This document shows positions 61,754-64,000 of a stretch of 64,000 nucleotides of DNA, piece by piece; within the stretch, counting starts at the first letter, position 1; every line of letters starts with the position of its first letter. The stretch comes from an uncultured Pelagibacteraceae bacterium (lineage in GTDB: Bacteria; Pseudomonadota; Alphaproteobacteria; Pelagibacterales; Pelagibacteraceae), in assembly GCA_902525935.1 (NCBI GenBank), contig CABZJA010000004.1, positions 19,831 to 83,830 on the forward strand, in the 5' to 3' direction. The position numbers and the translations under genes were made by a program. The notes under the pieces were generated by a model. It did not search any database and was not told the origin of the DNA. It worked only from the letters and a program-made list of their open reading frames with translations.

Positions 61754-62527
61754 ATGAAAATTTTAAAAATTATACTTTCAGTAATTTTATTTTTTTCTGT
61801 AACTACAAGTGTTTACGCAGCACTAGGAAAAGCTGCAGTATATAAAGTTACAATGAAAAAGGTTGCATTATGTACTGGAAAAGGTTCGGGCACTACTTGT
61901 TTAGGAGAAGTTATTATTGGAACTGGTAATAAAGAAGTTGACGTTGCTTCCGTAAATGCCGGTGCAGTTGCTGGTTCATTTGGAAATCCTGCATTGCTTC
62001 CATTAGGAACAACATACACTCATATGCAAGTCACAATTGATAGAAAATTTACAGTCAAAACATCTGATTCTGCAGGTGAAATGTTAAAGACTAATAATGG
62101 TGATGTATGCAGAACAGTTGCAAATGCAGATGCGCAATATGGAACTACTGAAACTGCAAGAAAGTATACTCACAAAAGAGCTGTTGATGAAGGAACAGGT
62201 TCAGCATCCGCTGAGACAAGAGTTTATTTAATGAATCATGGTACAAATAATGTAACAACTTGTGCGGCAACCGATTGTTCTTCAACTGGAACTGCAACTT
62301 CAGGAAGTAGTTGTACATATTGTGAAGCAATGAAAACAGATTTAGACTCAAATGATACTGAACACGTTTTAATTTACGCACTCACAAAACCATATACAGT
62401 TACTACAAAATCTCCAAAAGTAACTATGAAATTTGGAACTGCCGAAGCACTATCTGCAAGTGATGTTACCGGAACAGTATGTAATATTTGGGCTGAAGAA
62501 CCAGTTTTTACTGCAACAATTGAATAA
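61754..62527 (+). CDS. Secreted Thr/Gly/Cys-rich hypothetical protein
   Basis: Signal peptide SVYA, 8 Cys; starts 1 nt after the upstream stop. Confidence 0.75.
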   Translation: MKILKIILSVILFFSVTTSVYAALGKAAVYKVTMKKVALCTGKGSGTTCLGEVIIGTGNKEVDVASVNAGAVAGSFGNPALLPLGTTYTHMQVTIDRKFTVKTSDSAGEMLKTNNGDVCRTVANADAQYGTTETARKYTHKRAVDEGTGSASAETRVYLMNHGTNNVTTCAATDCSSTGTATSGSSCTYCEAMKTDLDSNDTEHVLIYALTKPYTVTTKSPKVTMKFGTAEALSASDVTGTVCNIWAEEPVFTATIE

Positions 62528-62538
62528 TTAATTTTTTA

Positions 62539-62793
62539 TTATTTTAAAGAAGAAAAAAGGTTTCCTGATACTTCTAAAGCTCTAAGTTCTTGATAACCAC
62601 CAATATGCTCATCATTAAAAAAAATTTGAGGGATTGTTCTTTTACCATTTGCTTTTTTTATCATTTCATCTCTTATTCCAGGACCTGTCGAAACATCGAT
62701 TTCCTTAAATTCTAAATTATTTCTAGATAACAATCTTTTTGCTGCATCACAAAAATTGCACATAGGTCCAGAATAAACAGTAATATTTTTCAT
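62539..62793 (-). CDS. grxC: Glutaredoxin 3
   Basis: CNFC, RTIPQIF, IGG. Confidence 0.92.
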   Translation of the reverse strand: MKNITVYSGPMCNFCDAAKRLLSRNNLEFKEIDVSTGPGIRDEMIKKANGKRTIPQIFFNDEHIGGYQELRALEVSGNLFSSLK

Positions 62794-62824
62794 AGATTAT
62801 ATATAGATGATGATTGAGAAATTA

Positions 62825-63124
62825 CTAGAGCAAGTAATCGTTTTTATTGATTTTTGATTTAATAAGTTTTCTTGAGTATTCAAATTTTTTTCTGTGTTTT
62901 ATACTTTGTGAGCTTGCTCTTTTTCTCCAAAGTCTGAAAGAAGAGGGTTTTAAAGATCTTCTCATAATTTTAATGACTTCACCTTCAGTCTTACCAGTTT
63001 TTTTTTCTATTTCTTCAAATGTAATTCTATCAGCCCAAGCTGCCCATACGACCCAATCTGGACTCCCCAAAGGAGGTTCTGGATTTTTAACTCTGGTTGT
63101 GGGTCTGTGACTTTTTTTCATCAA
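62825..63124 (-). CDS. TIGR03643/DUF2805-family protein
   Basis: AWADRITFEEI, EVIKIMRRSLKPSSFRLWRKR. Confidence 0.8.
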   Translation of the reverse strand: MMKKSHRPTTRVKNPEPPLGSPDWVVWAAWADRITFEEIEKKTGKTEGEVIKIMRRSLKPSSFRLWRKRASSQSIKHRKKFEYSRKLIKSKINKNDYLL

Positions 63125-63170
63125 AATTCAACAAATTACTAAAATTATTTTAATGCAAATATATAAGGCT

Positions 63171-63241
63171 ATGATATTATCATCTTTAGATAGTCCTATC
63201 TAGCCATCTTTAGCTCCCGGTTTTTTAGGACTATCCATAAA
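63171..63241 (+). promoter_or_regulatory. Structured 5' leader of LysE gene (SD-sequestering stem, possible uORF)
   Basis: Perfect 10-bp inverted repeat GATAGTCCTA (63189-98) / TAGGACTATC (63226-35) that contains AGGA. Confidence 0.55.
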
Positions 63242-63856
63242 ATGCTTCCCTTAGATTTTATTCTTTTTTTACAGATCATCATTTTTATGTTTATAACACC
63301 TGGAACGCCCAGAATTGTAATTATTTCTTACTCAATGAATTATGGTGTTCAAAAATGTATTTGGACTGCATTAGGAGACATATCTGCAAATATAATTCAA
63401 GCGACGTTAGTTATTTTTGTAATTGGATCTTTCTTATCAGATCATCCTACAATTTTAAATACGTTAAAGTGGTTTGGAGTTGGATATTTAACGTATTTGT
63501 CATACGATATTTATAAATCTAAGCCAAATGATGTAAATTCAAAGGAATTCCCAAATAAAAGTTTTTTTTCATTTTACAAAGATGGTTTTTTAGTTGCAGG
63601 AACAAGCCCAAAAGCGTGGATGTTTTTTCCTTTTATATTTCCACAGTTTATAGACTTTACTTCAAATTATGTTGTTCAATTTTTTATTTTAATAACAACT
63701 TATGTTGTATTAGATTTTATTTCTTTAATTGGTTACGCAGTTCTGGCTAATAAACTTATAGTATGGATAAAGGCTAATCCAAAAATAATAAATACAATTT
63801 CAGCTTGTGTAATTATTTTTATAGCAATTATCATTGCTATTACGCAACAATATTAA
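63242..63856 (+). CDS. LysE/RhtB-family amino acid exporter
   Basis: ITPG, LKWFGVGYL, GFLVAGTSPKAWMFF. Confidence 0.88.
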   Translation: MLPLDFILFLQIIIFMFITPGTPRIVIISYSMNYGVQKCIWTALGDISANIIQATLVIFVIGSFLSDHPTILNTLKWFGVGYLTYLSYDIYKSKPNDVNSKEFPNKSFFSFYKDGFLVAGTSPKAWMFFPFIFPQFIDFTSNYVVQFFILITTYVVLDFISLIGYAVLANKLIVWIKANPKIINTISACVIIFIAIIIAITQQY

Positions 63857-63945
63857 CAAACATTGCGCTACTACTTACACTTGCAATTAAATAATTTTTA
63901 TTATTAATTAAGTCAAAATTAATTAATTAATAAAAAGGGGAATAA

Positions 63946-64000
63946 ATGAAAATAAAAAACATTTTAATTACATTTGTTTCTGCAATAGCATTATTATTTT
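63946..64000 (+). CDS. 5' fragment of an exported protein (truncated by window edge)
   Basis: SD AAGGGG, then MKIKNILITFVSAIALLF signal-like start. Confidence 0.55.
   Translation, partial: MKIKNILITFVSAIALLF

Overview
AT-rich, densely packed alphaproteobacterial chromosome segment, very likely SAR11/Pelagibacterales (permuted two-piece tmRNA with tag ANESYALAA, thyX, very short intergenic spaces). (1) 1-8.9 kb: an especially AT-rich surface-modification island around ssrA/thyX. It holds an arylsulfotransferase, a sulfatase-fold membrane protein, a TagF-like transferase, three homologues of the Campylobacter phosphoramidate pathway (glutamine kinase, cytidylyltransferase, gamma-glutamyl hydrolase) and two similar small 'signal peptide-Tyr-TM-basic tail' proteins. 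(2) 8.9-24.8 kb: core genes (mrp, hflKC, degP, miaA, ilvIHC, leuA, mreBCD, mrdAB). (3) 24.8-53.7 kb: a complete type IVa pilus locus with an autotransporter and MoxR/DUF58/TgpA, interleaved with a four-part partner-switching circuit (GAF-PP2C, RsbW-like kinase, STAS protein and an ammonium transporter-PP2C fusion); no sigma factor lies in the window. (4) 53.7-64 kb: D-amino acid / 2-oxoacid catabolic genes with an orphan, divergent AceE-type E1, then HDAC, msrB, a passenger-less inverse autotransporter with a Cys-rich partner, grxC and a LysE exporter with a structured leader. The best candidates for undescribed systems are the ammonium-sensing partner switch tied to the pilus locus and the phosphoramidate/sulfate island with its small Tyr peptides. 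All calls come from motif recognition by eye; no searches were run.
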